IMG/VR virus record: IMGVR_UViG_3300004481_001142
Coordinates: 2,574-66,573 of that record
DNA from: a virus
Taxonomy: Duplodnaviria; Caudoviricetes
Length of the DNA stretch: 64,000 nt
Strand: one strand, 5' to 3'
Part shown: positions 1 through 11,200 of the stretch, piece after piece
Position numbering within the stretch: position 1 is the stretch's first letter
Layout: each line of letters opens with the position of its first letter
Position numbers and translations under genes: made by a program
Notes under the pieces: model-generated
What the model saw: the letters and a program-made list of their open reading frames with translations, nothing else
The model's database searches: none
Told to the model about the DNA's origin: nothing

Positions 1-2502
1 CGTAGAACCATTTAACGTGTAATGCACAGATGCCACAGTTGTGTATACATAATCAACACGAACTTCATGTGCAACAGGAATAGCAGCAGTTAAATAAATT
101 GTATCTTTTGTAAAATAACTGTATGCTAAATCCACTGATGCTGTAACATCATGAATTCTAGAAATAGTTTTAATATAACTATTAGCAATTGTCAATTGAT
201 CACTTGTCCCGACACCTATAACTGTAGCTTGTTCATTAATTATTGTATATTGTCTGTCATCAACCGGATAGAGATAAAATGACAAAGGAGTATAAGAAAT
301 AATTTCAGGAATTTGTGGCAATATGGAGCAACCAAATCCTGTAGTAGTAAAAATGATTGCAGTCCCAAATAAAGCATTTTCATACGTGTCTGCAAACTTT
401 AACTCAGTTCCAGATATTCTTATTACGTAATAATATCTATCATTTGTCAACGGTTCTGGCAGTGATGACGTCGACGACACCATAATTACATCACCAGTTA
501 CGCAAGGACTAGACGTAACAGTGATGATATCTGGAAGAGTTGCAGTAAAAGGTATGGGCGTTACATCTCTGGCAACATTAGTTAAATGAGTGTCAACATC
601 AGACCAGTCAGTAAATGTTTTAAGATTATCTGCGTTCAATAATGAATCAGTTAGCAGATTAAAATTAAATTGATGCGTTATAGGATCTTGTTCAATAACA
701 TGAGCTATTGAAAAAATGACATCAACGTCATTTGCTTGATTGATTGAATTTTCATCGACTACTGTAACCGGCGCATTAAAATCGTAGTTAAAAAGATGTT
801 CTTGTGGAGCTTCAATATTTCCGGCTTTATCAATGCAAAGATATACTAACCTTATGATCTGTGATCTAAGCGGTAGATGTATCGGTCCGTCCTCAGAATG
901 ATACTCAAACATTGGATCATCGTCAAATTGATATACAATTATATAAGGACTCGAAACATTATCTACAGCTGTAAATGTAATATCAGGCGACGCAGTATAA
1001 TAGCCATGCTCATTTGGCGGATCTACATGTATTGTAGTAACTGGATCTGTACTATCAATCTTATATATTTTTGTTGTGATCGCAGTTTCGCCAAGTGACG
1101 TTGTAGCAATTGCATCAACCTTCCACATACCATCACTAGAAATCACAAATGGGTCTGTATAATCAGTATAGAGATATGTCTCTGTAAATGTGTGTGGATA
1201 ACTATCTATATCTAACCCAAAAACAACATATGTTGCATCATATGTGCCAGGATTGACAAACTTGACTTCTGACGTCGGCGAACCTATGCCTGCTGTAGGT
1301 GAAGTAACAGTAACATAACCTGTACCTGATAAACCATCAACGCCTGTTTCAAAAGCTATAATAGTTTCAGCAACAGTTGTACCATAAGTATTATTAATTG
1401 CGTTAATTATGTCTGTAATTGATGTCTTTGTAACGTCCACACCGCGAACATTTATCATTAATGGATTGCCTGATTGATCGATTTCAAGACCAATAATCGA
1501 TCCGGCAGAAAGATCTAATAAATCAGTAATGTGAACTGTGCTTGTATATGTAGCAGTGGTCGGTTTATTCTGCGGCGCAATTTTATATTGCACACTCGCA
1601 ACTAAATCAGGCTTAGAAATGATAATACCAATTTCTGGAGATGATCTGTACCAGCCATTGTCACCATTTATCGGGAAGCTCTCGACGAAATGAATTTCAA
1701 GCAATTCACTTTCTTTATTTTCAATTCTAAACGGTATAGACTCTTTTACAGCTTCAAGATTTCCCGCATTGTCAATAGAACGATATTTCACAATATATGA
1801 CCCTGAATCTTTAATCTCAAAAGATAAACCGTTCTTTGAACTTACAGTCGGTGTAGATCCATCTGTAGTGTAATATGTTTTTTGATGACCTGAAGCGTCA
1901 TCTGTTGGATCAAATATTACAGTAACTGGTGTCTTAGAGACGTCTAATGGGACTTCAACAGCAGTTGTCGGAGGAATATTGTCAAACTTAAAAATTATTG
2001 TCTGAACTTTTTCTTTATTGCTAGCTTCATCAATAGCATACACTCTCAAATAATGAACGCCACTGCCAATGATTGTGATTGGAACACTATATTCTTGGAA
2101 ATCATCATCGTCCCAAGCATAAAATATTTTATCTACACCTGAAATAGCATCAATAGATGACAAAGTCATCGTCGGTATTGTTATATACCAACTATTTTCG
2201 CCATCAGGTTGTATGTTGGGCGTTACAGTCGTAACAGGTGCTACACTGTCAATTTTGACATCTTGCGTTTGAACAATTTCATCTGGATCAATGCCATTAG
2301 TAGAATAAAATTTAACAGTAGTTGTTCCTTCATCATTAATTATAAAAGCATCAGTATATAAATGTCGAGTTGGCGATGTTGTCGGATCACTTCCGTCAAC
2401 TGTATAATAAGTGTCACAAAGTTGGTCCGGTGTGAGTATTACAGCAAATAAATTTGTCGACCATTGTGTCGATATATTGCTGGTAGTTACTGGAGTTGCC
2501 AA
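1..2502 (-). CDS. Ig-like/Fn3-associated repeat structural protein, probably baseplate-associated (partial; runs off the left edge, absent from ORF track)
   Basis: TTG start at 2502 preceded by AAGGA 7 nt upstream. Reads LATPVTTSNISTQWSTNLFAVILTPDQLCDTYYTVDGSDPTTSP..., with YYTxDGSxP and DSVAPVTT...SGVDKIFY...YAIDEASNKE Ig-like motifs. Frame spot-checked open at both ends, finishing ...VHYTLNGST at base 1; the middle was not checked codon by codon. Confidence 0.8.
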   Translation of the reverse strand, partial: MATPVTTSNISTQWSTNLFAVILTPDQLCDTYYTVDGSDPTTSPTRHLYTDAFIINDEGTTTVKFYSTNGIDPDEIVQTQDVKIDSVAPVTTVTPNIQPDGENSWYITIPTMTLSSIDAISGVDKIFYAWDDDDFQEYSVPITIIGSGVHYLRVYAIDEASNKEKVQTIIFKFDNIPPTTAVEVPLDVSKTPVTVIFDPTDDASGHQKTYYTTDGSTPTVSSKNGLSFEIKDSGSYIVKYRSIDNAGNLEAVKESIPFRIENKESELLEIHFVESFPINGDNGWYRSSPEIGIIISKPDLVASVQYKIAPQNKPTTATYTSTVHITDLLDLSAGSIIGLEIDQSGNPLMINVRGVDVTKTSITDIINAINNTYGTTVAETIIAFETGVDGLSGTGYVTVTSPTAGIGSPTSEVKFVNPGTYDATYVVFGLDIDSYPHTFTETYLYTDYTDPFVISSDGMWKVDAIATTSLGETAITTKIYKIDSTDPVTTIHVDPPNEHGYYTASPDITFTAVDNVSSPYIIVYQFDDDPMFEYHSEDGPIHLPLRSQIIRLVYLCIDKAGNIEAPQEHLFNYDFNAPVTVVDENSINQANDVDVIFSIAHVIEQDPITHQFNFNLLTDSLLNADNLKTFTDWSDVDTHLTNVARDVTPIPFTATLPDIITVTSSPCVTGDVIMVSSTSSLPEPLTNDRYYYVIRISGTELKFADTYENALFGTAIIFTTTGFGCSILPQIPEIISYTPLSFYLYPVDDRQYTIINEQATVIGVGTSDQLTIANSYIKTISRIHDVTASVDLAYSYFTKDTIYLTAAIPVAHEVRVDYVYTTVASVHYTLNGST

Positions 2503-2515
2503 TGTTAGATCCTTT

Positions 2516-5500
2516 TTAAATTGTATGAATGATTAATGACTTTAGATTCAAATAATCTAAATCTGTTGTAATTATATCATTAGCTCCTGTTTCTCCTGAT
2601 ACATTGTAAGCAACAGTTATTAAATAGCTTGATGGATCATCATTATCAAATGTTGAAAGATAAACGGTACTATCATTACTTATGCACGCACGCCCTGCAC
2701 CCTGCGAAACTTCAGCAATAGTATCAACCATTTGTAATTCCATATCATTTTGACTAACTCTCCAGAATATTGTAGCGTCACTAGCACTTCCCAACGTTTT
2801 ATATCGTAGAACGTGTGTTGGACTTGTATAAGCTGTTACGACATCTGTATGATACACAGTCCATACTGTCGTCTTCGGTATACTTTCATATGCAATATGT
2901 GTGTCGTCAGAAACAGCCATTTTTGTCAACGGCAATATGACGTAATCAACATTAGTATTTTCATCAATAATTCTTATAACATCACTCTGATTAATACGAT
3001 TGCCTAATTTCTTTTGATCAAATATTGCATATAAACTTGTCGATAATTGATCTTTTGTCATTGGAACATTTGCGTTACTTATAAGTTTTACTGTGAATTC
3101 AAGATCGACATCAAATTTATTAGCTGACTTGACAATTACGTCTGCTGTTACATGCCTTTTTACATCAACTTTTGTCTGTATAGTCTTAATTAAAGAATTA
3201 ACATTATATGCCACTGTTATTTGTTCACCATATTCATAATTGACATTAACATACTGTCCATCAACTATTGTTGATGCTGTCGTACGCTGTATTGTCATAT
3301 ATTCAAATGGACTCGATGGCTCAGTTAATACATAATCAATATCTTTAGTATATGTCAGACAAATTATTGACCAACTATTATGTGAACCAGAACCAACAAA
3401 TGATGTCACATTAACGACTAATACACCAGTGATAGAGTCATACGAAACCGTCGTCCCTTGCATATAATTCGCTGAGTCAAATAAAATCTTTACTAATTGA
3501 CCGGTGTATAAAGACAATCCCACATGTACAGTAAATGTCTTAGATCCACTGCCAATTAATACATTAGAAGACGACGTCGTTAATATGCTTGATGAATTCG
3601 TCACAATGACAGTATTTATATCAATACCTTTTTTACTAAATGATTTTGCTTCTGTGCCAGCTAGACTAATTACGTCTTCATTCTCAAACAAGCGACCCAA
3701 TGGTAATTGTGACGTGCTATCATATATTAATTTAATACTCCTTGTAGCATAAATTGAATTTCCTTTAAGCAATATATCATCAGCTTTATTAAAAATGTAT
3801 TGTGTATGCTCAACTAATTGTATGTCATCCTGCGTTGTAACAGAGACAATTGTGTCTACAGGTTGATTAGTTAACACAACATCACTTGCTTTCCTATATT
3901 TATATGTTATACGAATAGTATCTGTCGGTAACATTCCGATACTATGGTTTATAACATTCCTGTCATTAATATTTATTGTTAATCCATCAGATTCAATAAC
4001 AATTGCCTCAACAACACGAGTGTGCGCAAGACTAGCAGTTGTTTCACCACCTGTTGCACTAGAAATGACAGTTTCATACCCAGAATCAATTACATAATCG
4101 TAATCTGCACTTATTATATCATTAGTTAACAATCCTGTCGGAAATGACGTCATCAAATTAAAATTAACACGAGAACTTGTAACAAAATCTCCATAACTAA
4201 TAGTATAATCAGTGTTTTCAATAAGTTTAATTTTTGTCGATGGAAAAATTGTTTGAATACCGACGCCTGAATCAAGAATATCAATAGCAATACCTACAAT
4301 AGCATCATTATACGTTCTTGCTAATTTCAAAGTAGTATTTGAAATTTTTATAGCATAATAATCTTGACTAACCATAAGTGGTCCAGGCAATGTATTAGTG
4401 CTAGACACTCGTACAACATCACCAGTATGACAAATAAATATGCCTGTAGTAGTTATAATATCATCAAGTGGATTTGCTACAAAAGTACAAGTGCGATAAA
4501 GATAAATACTTTCACTAAATAAATCAACAGGATGATTTATAAGATCAACGTATATTTCACCGCCGATAGCACTTGCCAATACACTTTCATTTATAATAGC
4601 AGCTTTATATTCATATTGCGCATATAAGCCATCGCCGCTACTTAATGCATTATCCAGCGTAATTTCACCGGTCTCTAAATCAAGAGTGTATTTAGATTTT
4701 AACAATTCAGTAGTTGTAAATCCCTGTCTTATATAAACTGTAAAATTTCCTGTCAAATCATACATAGATTGCGGCATTTTAATAATTTCTTGAATTAAAT
4801 ATGCAGGATAATCTATTGTTACGTCAGGATTAACAATTGAAATTCTCATATCACTTGCATCAACTATATTTGCTAATTCTCTATAATTGCCGTTAAACAA
4901 AAATCCAAATGTTTCAGTGTACGTCGTTTCAACTTCACCTTCAAAATAAATGTCTACTTTACCGAACACATGCATCTTTCTAACATAATCCATATCTCTC
5001 ATCATCAACGGGTGTCCTGCATCAACAACAAGCGTGTCTATAACATATTGCGTACCTATTGCAGTGCGCAGATACCCGTCTTTTGTACCAACATCAAGAT
5101 CAGTAAATGCCAATATGGCTCTATCAGCTAAATGTCTATTACTTTCCTCATCACTACCACCTTGCGCAGGTTTTATATTAGTCACTTGAAGCTCTGATAT
5201 TGTTGAATTAATAATTGTTCCTGCGCCGACATTAGTTTGTTCGCCCACATCTATCGACTGGACAGCAACAGTCAATTCATATCGTTGTGTAGCATCATTA
5301 TAATAAGAGTCTATAGAACTAATTAACATTTGTGCTTCAACCATTGTTTCAAAATTAAGTGCAACCTTAGTGGACGTTGCACTTGTAGAAACAACTGTTG
5401 CAACTGGAACAGTAATTGTTGCAAGCGGCCGAACAGTAGTATAAAATACAGCCTCACACACAGATGATGTTGCTGTATCTCTAAAAACATTAACGTTACC

Positions 5501-6256
5501 CGCGAGCTTATCAAATGCTAAATCAATAATGCTTTGCACATCAGCATCTGTTGTCGACCATGTAGCAGTTTTTAATTGCTGCTTATAAGTTGAATCTGAC
5601 ACAGCTATAGATTCACCAGTATTGTTTGGATCGTCTATTTGTAAAAGCGTTAAAAATGACTGTGATCTTGACAAAAAGTCAATATAGACATATGCATACC
5701 CAAATTCGTATGCATGAGGATCAATATGAATATCACGTGTCATTGTACCAGGTTTGACATCAATCTCTGGATGACGTGCAAATATTCTATCAATCATTGT
5801 CAACGTGACATCACTCGCAGATCTAATAGGCAACGTTGTCAAATTCGTCGTAAGAATTAATGGCGTGTCAAATACTTCAATTGAATATAAACTCTCTTCG
5901 TCACTATTATTAACTGCTGTTATCACATAATATTGCGGCTTAGATTCAAATAAATCTATATGCGTGTAAGTATAAGCTAAAACTTGCTCAACATTTTCAA
6001 CAGTGGTCGTGGTTCGTACACCGCCAATAGTCTGTACAGTAGTCACAGTATTTGACACTATATCATCTATCTCACTATAAATAGTTATTAAATCATTATT
6101 GAGTTTTACATAACCACTTGTTCCACCGCCCGAAGTAGTCGAGTTATAGATGTTGTAACCTTTAATGTCAGGCTCTGGATTTTGCAGCCATTTGACAGTT
6201 ATTTGGTTACCCGAAGCCTCAGTTGTTATGCCTGTAGGCTGTGTGGGTCTTGCCAT
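2516..6256 (-). CDS. Baseplate J-like wedge protein with N-terminal Fn3 domain and inserted accessory modules
   Basis: N-terminal PTGI...ITVKW...GYNIY...YYVITAVN (Fn3); DVKPGTMTRDIHIDP and GGSDEESNRHLADRAILA (baseplate J motifs); C-terminal LGNRINQSDVI. Confidence 0.85.
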   Translation of the reverse strand: MARPTQPTGITTEASGNQITVKWLQNPEPDIKGYNIYNSTTSGGGTSGYVKLNNDLITIYSEIDDIVSNTVTTVQTIGGVRTTTTVENVEQVLAYTYTHIDLFESKPQYYVITAVNNSDEESLYSIEVFDTPLILTTNLTTLPIRSASDVTLTMIDRIFARHPEIDVKPGTMTRDIHIDPHAYEFGYAYVYIDFLSRSQSFLTLLQIDDPNNTGESIAVSDSTYKQQLKTATWSTTDADVQSIIDLAFDKLAGNVNVFRDTATSSVCEAVFYTTVRPLATITVPVATVVSTSATSTKVALNFETMVEAQMLISSIDSYYNDATQRYELTVAVQSIDVGEQTNVGAGTIINSTISELQVTNIKPAQGGSDEESNRHLADRAILAFTDLDVGTKDGYLRTAIGTQYVIDTLVVDAGHPLMMRDMDYVRKMHVFGKVDIYFEGEVETTYTETFGFLFNGNYRELANIVDASDMRISIVNPDVTIDYPAYLIQEIIKMPQSMYDLTGNFTVYIRQGFTTTELLKSKYTLDLETGEITLDNALSSGDGLYAQYEYKAAIINESVLASAIGGEIYVDLINHPVDLFSESIYLYRTCTFVANPLDDIITTTGIFICHTGDVVRVSSTNTLPGPLMVSQDYYAIKISNTTLKLARTYNDAIVGIAIDILDSGVGIQTIFPSTKIKLIENTDYTISYGDFVTSSRVNFNLMTSFPTGLLTNDIISADYDYVIDSGYETVISSATGGETTASLAHTRVVEAIVIESDGLTININDRNVINHSIGMLPTDTIRITYKYRKASDVVLTNQPVDTIVSVTTQDDIQLVEHTQYIFNKADDILLKGNSIYATRSIKLIYDSTSQLPLGRLFENEDVISLAGTEAKSFSKKGIDINTVIVTNSSSILTTSSSNVLIGSGSKTFTVHVGLSLYTGQLVKILFDSANYMQGTTVSYDSITGVLVVNVTSFVGSGSHNSWSIICLTYTKDIDYVLTEPSSPFEYMTIQRTTASTIVDGQYVNVNYEYGEQITVAYNVNSLIKTIQTKVDVKRHVTADVIVKSANKFDVDLEFTVKLISNANVPMTKDQLSTSLYAIFDQKKLGNRINQSDVIRIIDENTNVDYVILPLTKMAVSDDTHIAYESIPKTTVWTVYHTDVVTAYTSPTHVLRYKTLGSASDATIFWRVSQNDMELQMVDTIAEVSQGAGRACISNDSTVYLSTFDNDDPSSYLITVAYNVSGETGANDIITTDLDYLNLKSLIIHTI

Positions 6257-6259
6257 AAA

Positions 6260-7768
6260 TTATTCCTTTGTAAGTAACGGTTTATTAAATTGTAATGATG
6301 TGTCTAAAGGTATAGCCGTATTTGCCTGTGACACCACTGTAGCTGTAATTTCATAAAAATCAGGATCATAATCGCTTTGTTCAACATTCACATCATCAAG
6401 AAAACTAAGTAATTCTTCATTATCTACTTTTTGATATACCGATTGTTGCGTCTGTAAGTCTCTCATTTTTTCACCAACAGTAATCAATTCACCCTTAAAT
6501 TTTGTCTCATAATAATCTGCAGGTCTAGCAGTGCCAACAAATGATATTAAAGATGTGCCATACCAAGGATTTGCTGTATTAGATCCTTTAATAGCAGTCG
6601 TGATTTTAAGTAAATCTTGCAACATTTTTTGTTCTTTTTGTACAACAATCACCTCACCAAGCTTGTCGTAATCATAATCATTAACTTGACCTGTGCGTCT
6701 ACATTTTCGACAGTTATTTACTTGAACAGAATAATCTATAGAAATTATATCAGCTGGTGCAGTCGATCGATATGTATATGAGCACAAAATTACATCACTA
6801 ATTTTTGGCACAAATCCAAGATCAACCCTACCAGTCGTAGCATTAAAATTTTGTGGTGTTATACGTTCACTGTTTACTAATACTGCAAAATCAAGTGGCA
6901 TCGTTTGAACAGGTTGCGTACTAATTTTAGCTCGCGGCGGAATCAATGGTTTATATTTTGTATAAAACCACATTTTATTAGGCACGTTAAATTGACTTGA
7001 TTCGTTTTCATTCTGTATCAATATCTGATTTGTTTGTTTAGGTAAATCAAAAATAACTTTGCTTGCTCTAATTGTACTATCATATACTATAGACCACCCG
7101 TCATTGGCTAAATAATAATGTGAAATAAACACTTGTTGTCCTACCTGTGGAGCCTCTCTCAACTCAATTGCTCCAGAGTCAGCATTAAATGATATTATCC
7201 TTGATCTATAACTATATGACACAGTGACAAGAGACCCAAAAACCGGAGCATCTTTTAAAAATATTTTGCCAAGTGCTGATTCAATATGATCAATTTCAGC
7301 AACAACAATAGGTTGCCATGGCGGTTTAACATGTACTACAACATCGGCTGACGTCAATTGTGTTGCAAAAATGCTGTCTTTAGAAATCAATGGTCTATGT
7401 TGTGTCACTAATAATGTATCTAAACCTGTAAATTGTGCAGTTGCGTCTTCATCAGTGACATCAACTCTAGCAACAATATCAATAGTTCTTTGCACTAAAC
7501 GACGTTTATTTGCACCATCATATATAGGAATTCTACCGACAACAAATCTTTTATTAGCACCAGTAATCTGTGACGTCACATCTTCAGTCACAAGTATTTC
7601 AGACTCATTATATTTGTCCCATTTAATACCATTAACTTTTACAATGGGATTCTCGATGTTACTAGCAGGCACATCCAAATAAAATGTGACAAGATCAGAT
7701 TCTACAACATGATCTTCTTCAATGACTCTATGGTCACAATATCTTAATAATTTTGTGTCAAACGACAT
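6260..7768 (-). CDS. Baseplate wedge protein with C-terminal gp25-like (sheath initiator) domain
   Basis: CRKC motif followed by KMLQDLLKITTAIKGSNTANPWYGTSLISFVG (gp25-like); position directly upstream of J; three EDV-type modules. Confidence 0.65.
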   Translation of the reverse strand: MSFDTKLLRYCDHRVIEEDHVVESDLVTFYLDVPASNIENPIVKVNGIKWDKYNESEILVTEDVTSQITGANKRFVVGRIPIYDGANKRRLVQRTIDIVARVDVTDEDATAQFTGLDTLLVTQHRPLISKDSIFATQLTSADVVVHVKPPWQPIVVAEIDHIESALGKIFLKDAPVFGSLVTVSYSYRSRIISFNADSGAIELREAPQVGQQVFISHYYLANDGWSIVYDSTIRASKVIFDLPKQTNQILIQNENESSQFNVPNKMWFYTKYKPLIPPRAKISTQPVQTMPLDFAVLVNSERITPQNFNATTGRVDLGFVPKISDVILCSYTYRSTAPADIISIDYSVQVNNCRKCRRTGQVNDYDYDKLGEVIVVQKEQKMLQDLLKITTAIKGSNTANPWYGTSLISFVGTARPADYYETKFKGELITVGEKMRDLQTQQSVYQKVDNEELLSFLDDVNVEQSDYDPDFYEITATVVSQANTAIPLDTSLQFNKPLLTKE

Positions 7769-8231
7769 TCCTTACCTCTTGTTCAACAGTAAGCTGCGAA
7801 TGATACAAATCAAACTTAGAATTAACTATCTCGAAATTAGATCTAAATTCAGATTTTGAGATTCTTAATAAATGAATACGCTCTTGCGCCTGCTCAATTC
7901 TATCAATTGTCTTTCTTATTCTATGTTCAATATCATCACGAAACTTAATATTAGGATAATATGGTTCTTTTATTTTCTGAACTAATCTTGCAACATCAGC
8001 ATCGTTAACTTGCGAATTAGTCTGTCGTACAAGCATCGCACCAAAAGTCTTAAATTTAATACCGCGACTATCGGCAAGAGTCATAAGTTTAGTCAACATT
8101 TTTTGTAATTTTGCTGACTCTAATACCGTATGATTAATTTGCGCATCAATGCTATCTAACTGAGATTGCAAATATGACTGCAAATTAGTTATGTCTTGTT
8201 TTGTGAATACTCCTAAAAAATCAAAAGCCAT
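7758..8231 (-). CDS. Hypothetical coiled-coil protein (baseplate region)
   Basis: GGAGG RBS 9 nt before ATG at 8231 (ORF-track start 8240 is an upstream GTG); helical heptad character. Confidence 0.7.
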   Translation of the reverse strand: MAFDFLGVFTKQDITNLQSYLQSQLDSIDAQINHTVLESAKLQKMLTKLMTLADSRGIKFKTFGAMLVRQTNSQVNDADVARLVQKIKEPYYPNIKFRDDIEHRIRKTIDRIEQAQERIHLLRISKSEFRSNFEIVNSKFDLYHSQLTVEQEVRNVV

Positions 8232-8295
8232 TTTTAACACCCTCCAATAATATGTATCGATAAATTTATTATTACATTATGCGCGCATAACGTCA

Positions 8296-11200
8296 TTAAA
8301 ACAATAATTTTAAAAACTGCCATGTTGCACTAATATTCGGTCCACCAACTAAGATTACAATGCCTGCTGTAAATCCTGTTTGACCCGAATCAGGCCCACC
8401 CTTAGCTGTTTGTACCATCTGTTTGATTCTATCAACTCCGCCAGTCTTAAGATCAATAGACAAAATATGAAAACCTGCATTTGTTGAAAAAATTTCTTTC
8501 ATAACGTCAATTATCTGCTGTAATGTGTCTATAAAATCTTCCAAAGCCTCAATCTTTTTTGTCAATAAATCAATAAATTGAGTCACACTTTCAGTACCCT
8601 TTTGTATTGCGTCTATTTCAGAATTAACCCATTTATTTAGATGTTCAATAAAATCCTCAATTGGTTTTACTAGCGATTTTACAGAATAGCTATACCAATC
8701 GGGATACATTCCTGTAACATGCTCATTTATTGAAGTATAACCTGTGCATGTGCCACCTGTGCCGCTGTCATTAACTATAAAAGAACAAGGATCATTACGA
8801 TATGGCTTATCAGCTACGCTTACACTAGCTCCCATTGACCCGTTTTGACAACGCGGAGCACCGAGAGGTTGTTCATTAAAAAATTCTACATTAGCTTTGC
8901 ACTTACCATTTACTTTTGTAAAACCTCTATTGGAACATGATGTGCCTGTATGATATATACATGTTAGATTTTTATACTTATCACAACTTTTTATTTTATC
9001 AAATACAATACTTCCATTATTACATTCAACTGCATCAAATCTATCATCTACAGTGCCGTCACCTGTATGTCTTTGTATGAATCCTTGATCACATATAGGT
9101 AAATTTTCAACAGTTACATATTCAACAACTATTTCATCGTTTTGTGTGTACCCAATTCTAGATACATCAGTAATTATCACAGTTGATTTATTTTTATCAT
9201 GAACAACAGTAAAATCATTAGGCAATGAAAGCTTTGTCAAATCAAGTGTTGTAAAAAATATTATTTTATCTCTATCATTATTTTGTGCATTATCATCCCA
9301 GTCCACAATAGTGTTGTTAACAGTATTGTAAAATTTAGATATATCAACTCCTGCCTGCTCTTCACCATTCAAAGGTGTTGTTGCTAGATTTAATCCATTT
9401 TTATTAATATAACGAATAGCAGCTGATACATTTCTAATTTTAATACTATTTATATTAACACCCTTGTGATTTAAAACAAAACTAAACACATTAACTTGTT
9501 GATTGCCACTTGCAATTTTATTTGACTCTGTCTTATTAGTCGACTGCTGTGATTGACCTGTCAAATCCATTACTTTAATAGCTAATAAATTAATTTTTAC
9601 AACATCTCTAAAAGATGTCTGATTTTCTTTACATATAAAATATGTACACCTATTAAGAAATGACAAACTTGTAATAGCAGTTGCTGCTTTAGGCGTTGCA
9701 ACTGCCTCATTCGACAATGGACTGGCTGGCGTGCCTGACTTATCCATAATCGTTCTAACAACATAATAATAATTCTTGCCATTTTCAAGACTTGTGCTAT
9801 TATCAGTACACGAAAACCCTAGATTTCTAGCTGTATTATTGTCAAGATTATTCCATCCCACTTCGAAATTTTTAAACAAATATTTAAAAAACTCTGAAGC
9901 CTTAATTGTTTTGCTCACTGTTTTACCGTCAGATAAAGTCACATCAATCGGTCCGACTTTTGTGTTAGTGACAACATCATATACATCACCTTCATTATAT
10001 GTGTCTTTTACACTCTGCGTAGCAATTGCCAATTCACCTTGACCCGGAGCTCTATAAACTTGAAATCCGTATATTAAATCAATCATTTTGTATTGATTAA
10101 ATAAGCCTGAAAGATTAAAAGTTATAAGTTCAGGCAATTCCCAGCTTAATTTTATACATTTATCACCCGGTACTGCTTGAAGACTCATTGGTGGATGTAC
10201 GTCAGGTTTCCACTCAATAGATGTAAAAATTTTCTTTAACGATAATACACCAGCAACAACATCTTGTATATTGCCCGAATCAATCGCAACAATAATAGCT
10301 CCAACACTGCCAGTTGTAGAAAATTGCGGTCTATTACTATCATATATGTCATCAAATGAATCAATCACTTTCTTCTTAAATGCTTGTGAACCTCCTCCGA
10401 CACTTGCAAGAAATTTTTCAAATCCTTGTTTTGCATTAGTATTAGGATCGAAATAATTTGATCGCGGAAACACTGGTAAAACATATAAACCCGTAGACGC
10501 CATGTCTTTGACATAATTGTCAATAGCTGCCGCAATTGCTTGCAATATTGGTTTTAGCAAACTACTAGTATCAATTAATAAAACCTTAACAAGATTAAGA
10601 ACTGATTTTATCAATCCTAATATTGTTTTCATCGGCGATATAATATTATCTACACCATTAGCAACAGCTAAAATTGGATCAGGTAGCATGTCTTGCAAAT
10701 TAAAATCTTGCCACGCACCTAACGGCTGAACACTTTTACCTTTAAGAACAACATCATGATGCGGATCGTCAACATCGTTACTAATAATTCTTAACTTGCC
10801 TATAATTGCACTTGATTCATATGTCGGTGAAAATGTCACTGTATATGATCTTGATGAATTAGGCAATATTGATGCTGTCGCAAATGCTATTTTAAATTCT
10901 TGGTTTTTCTCTGTAACAGATATGTCAGTAACTGATAGTGTTGCAGATCCTGCATTAGTAACTACTAATTCCATTTGACTTTTTTCACGCACATTTGTCT
11001 GTTGAAATTCAATTTTTGACGTTGCTTGAATTACAGGTTTTATCACTCCAACACCTGTAACAGACAAATTAAACTCAAGATGATCAGGATCGTCAGTTAA
11101 TATTTTAATTGTTCCTGAATAAGATTGCGCGACTATCGGCGTAAATGAAACAGTTACATCATAAGTACTCTCTGCCATTACAGTTGTTACTGTTGGTGAT

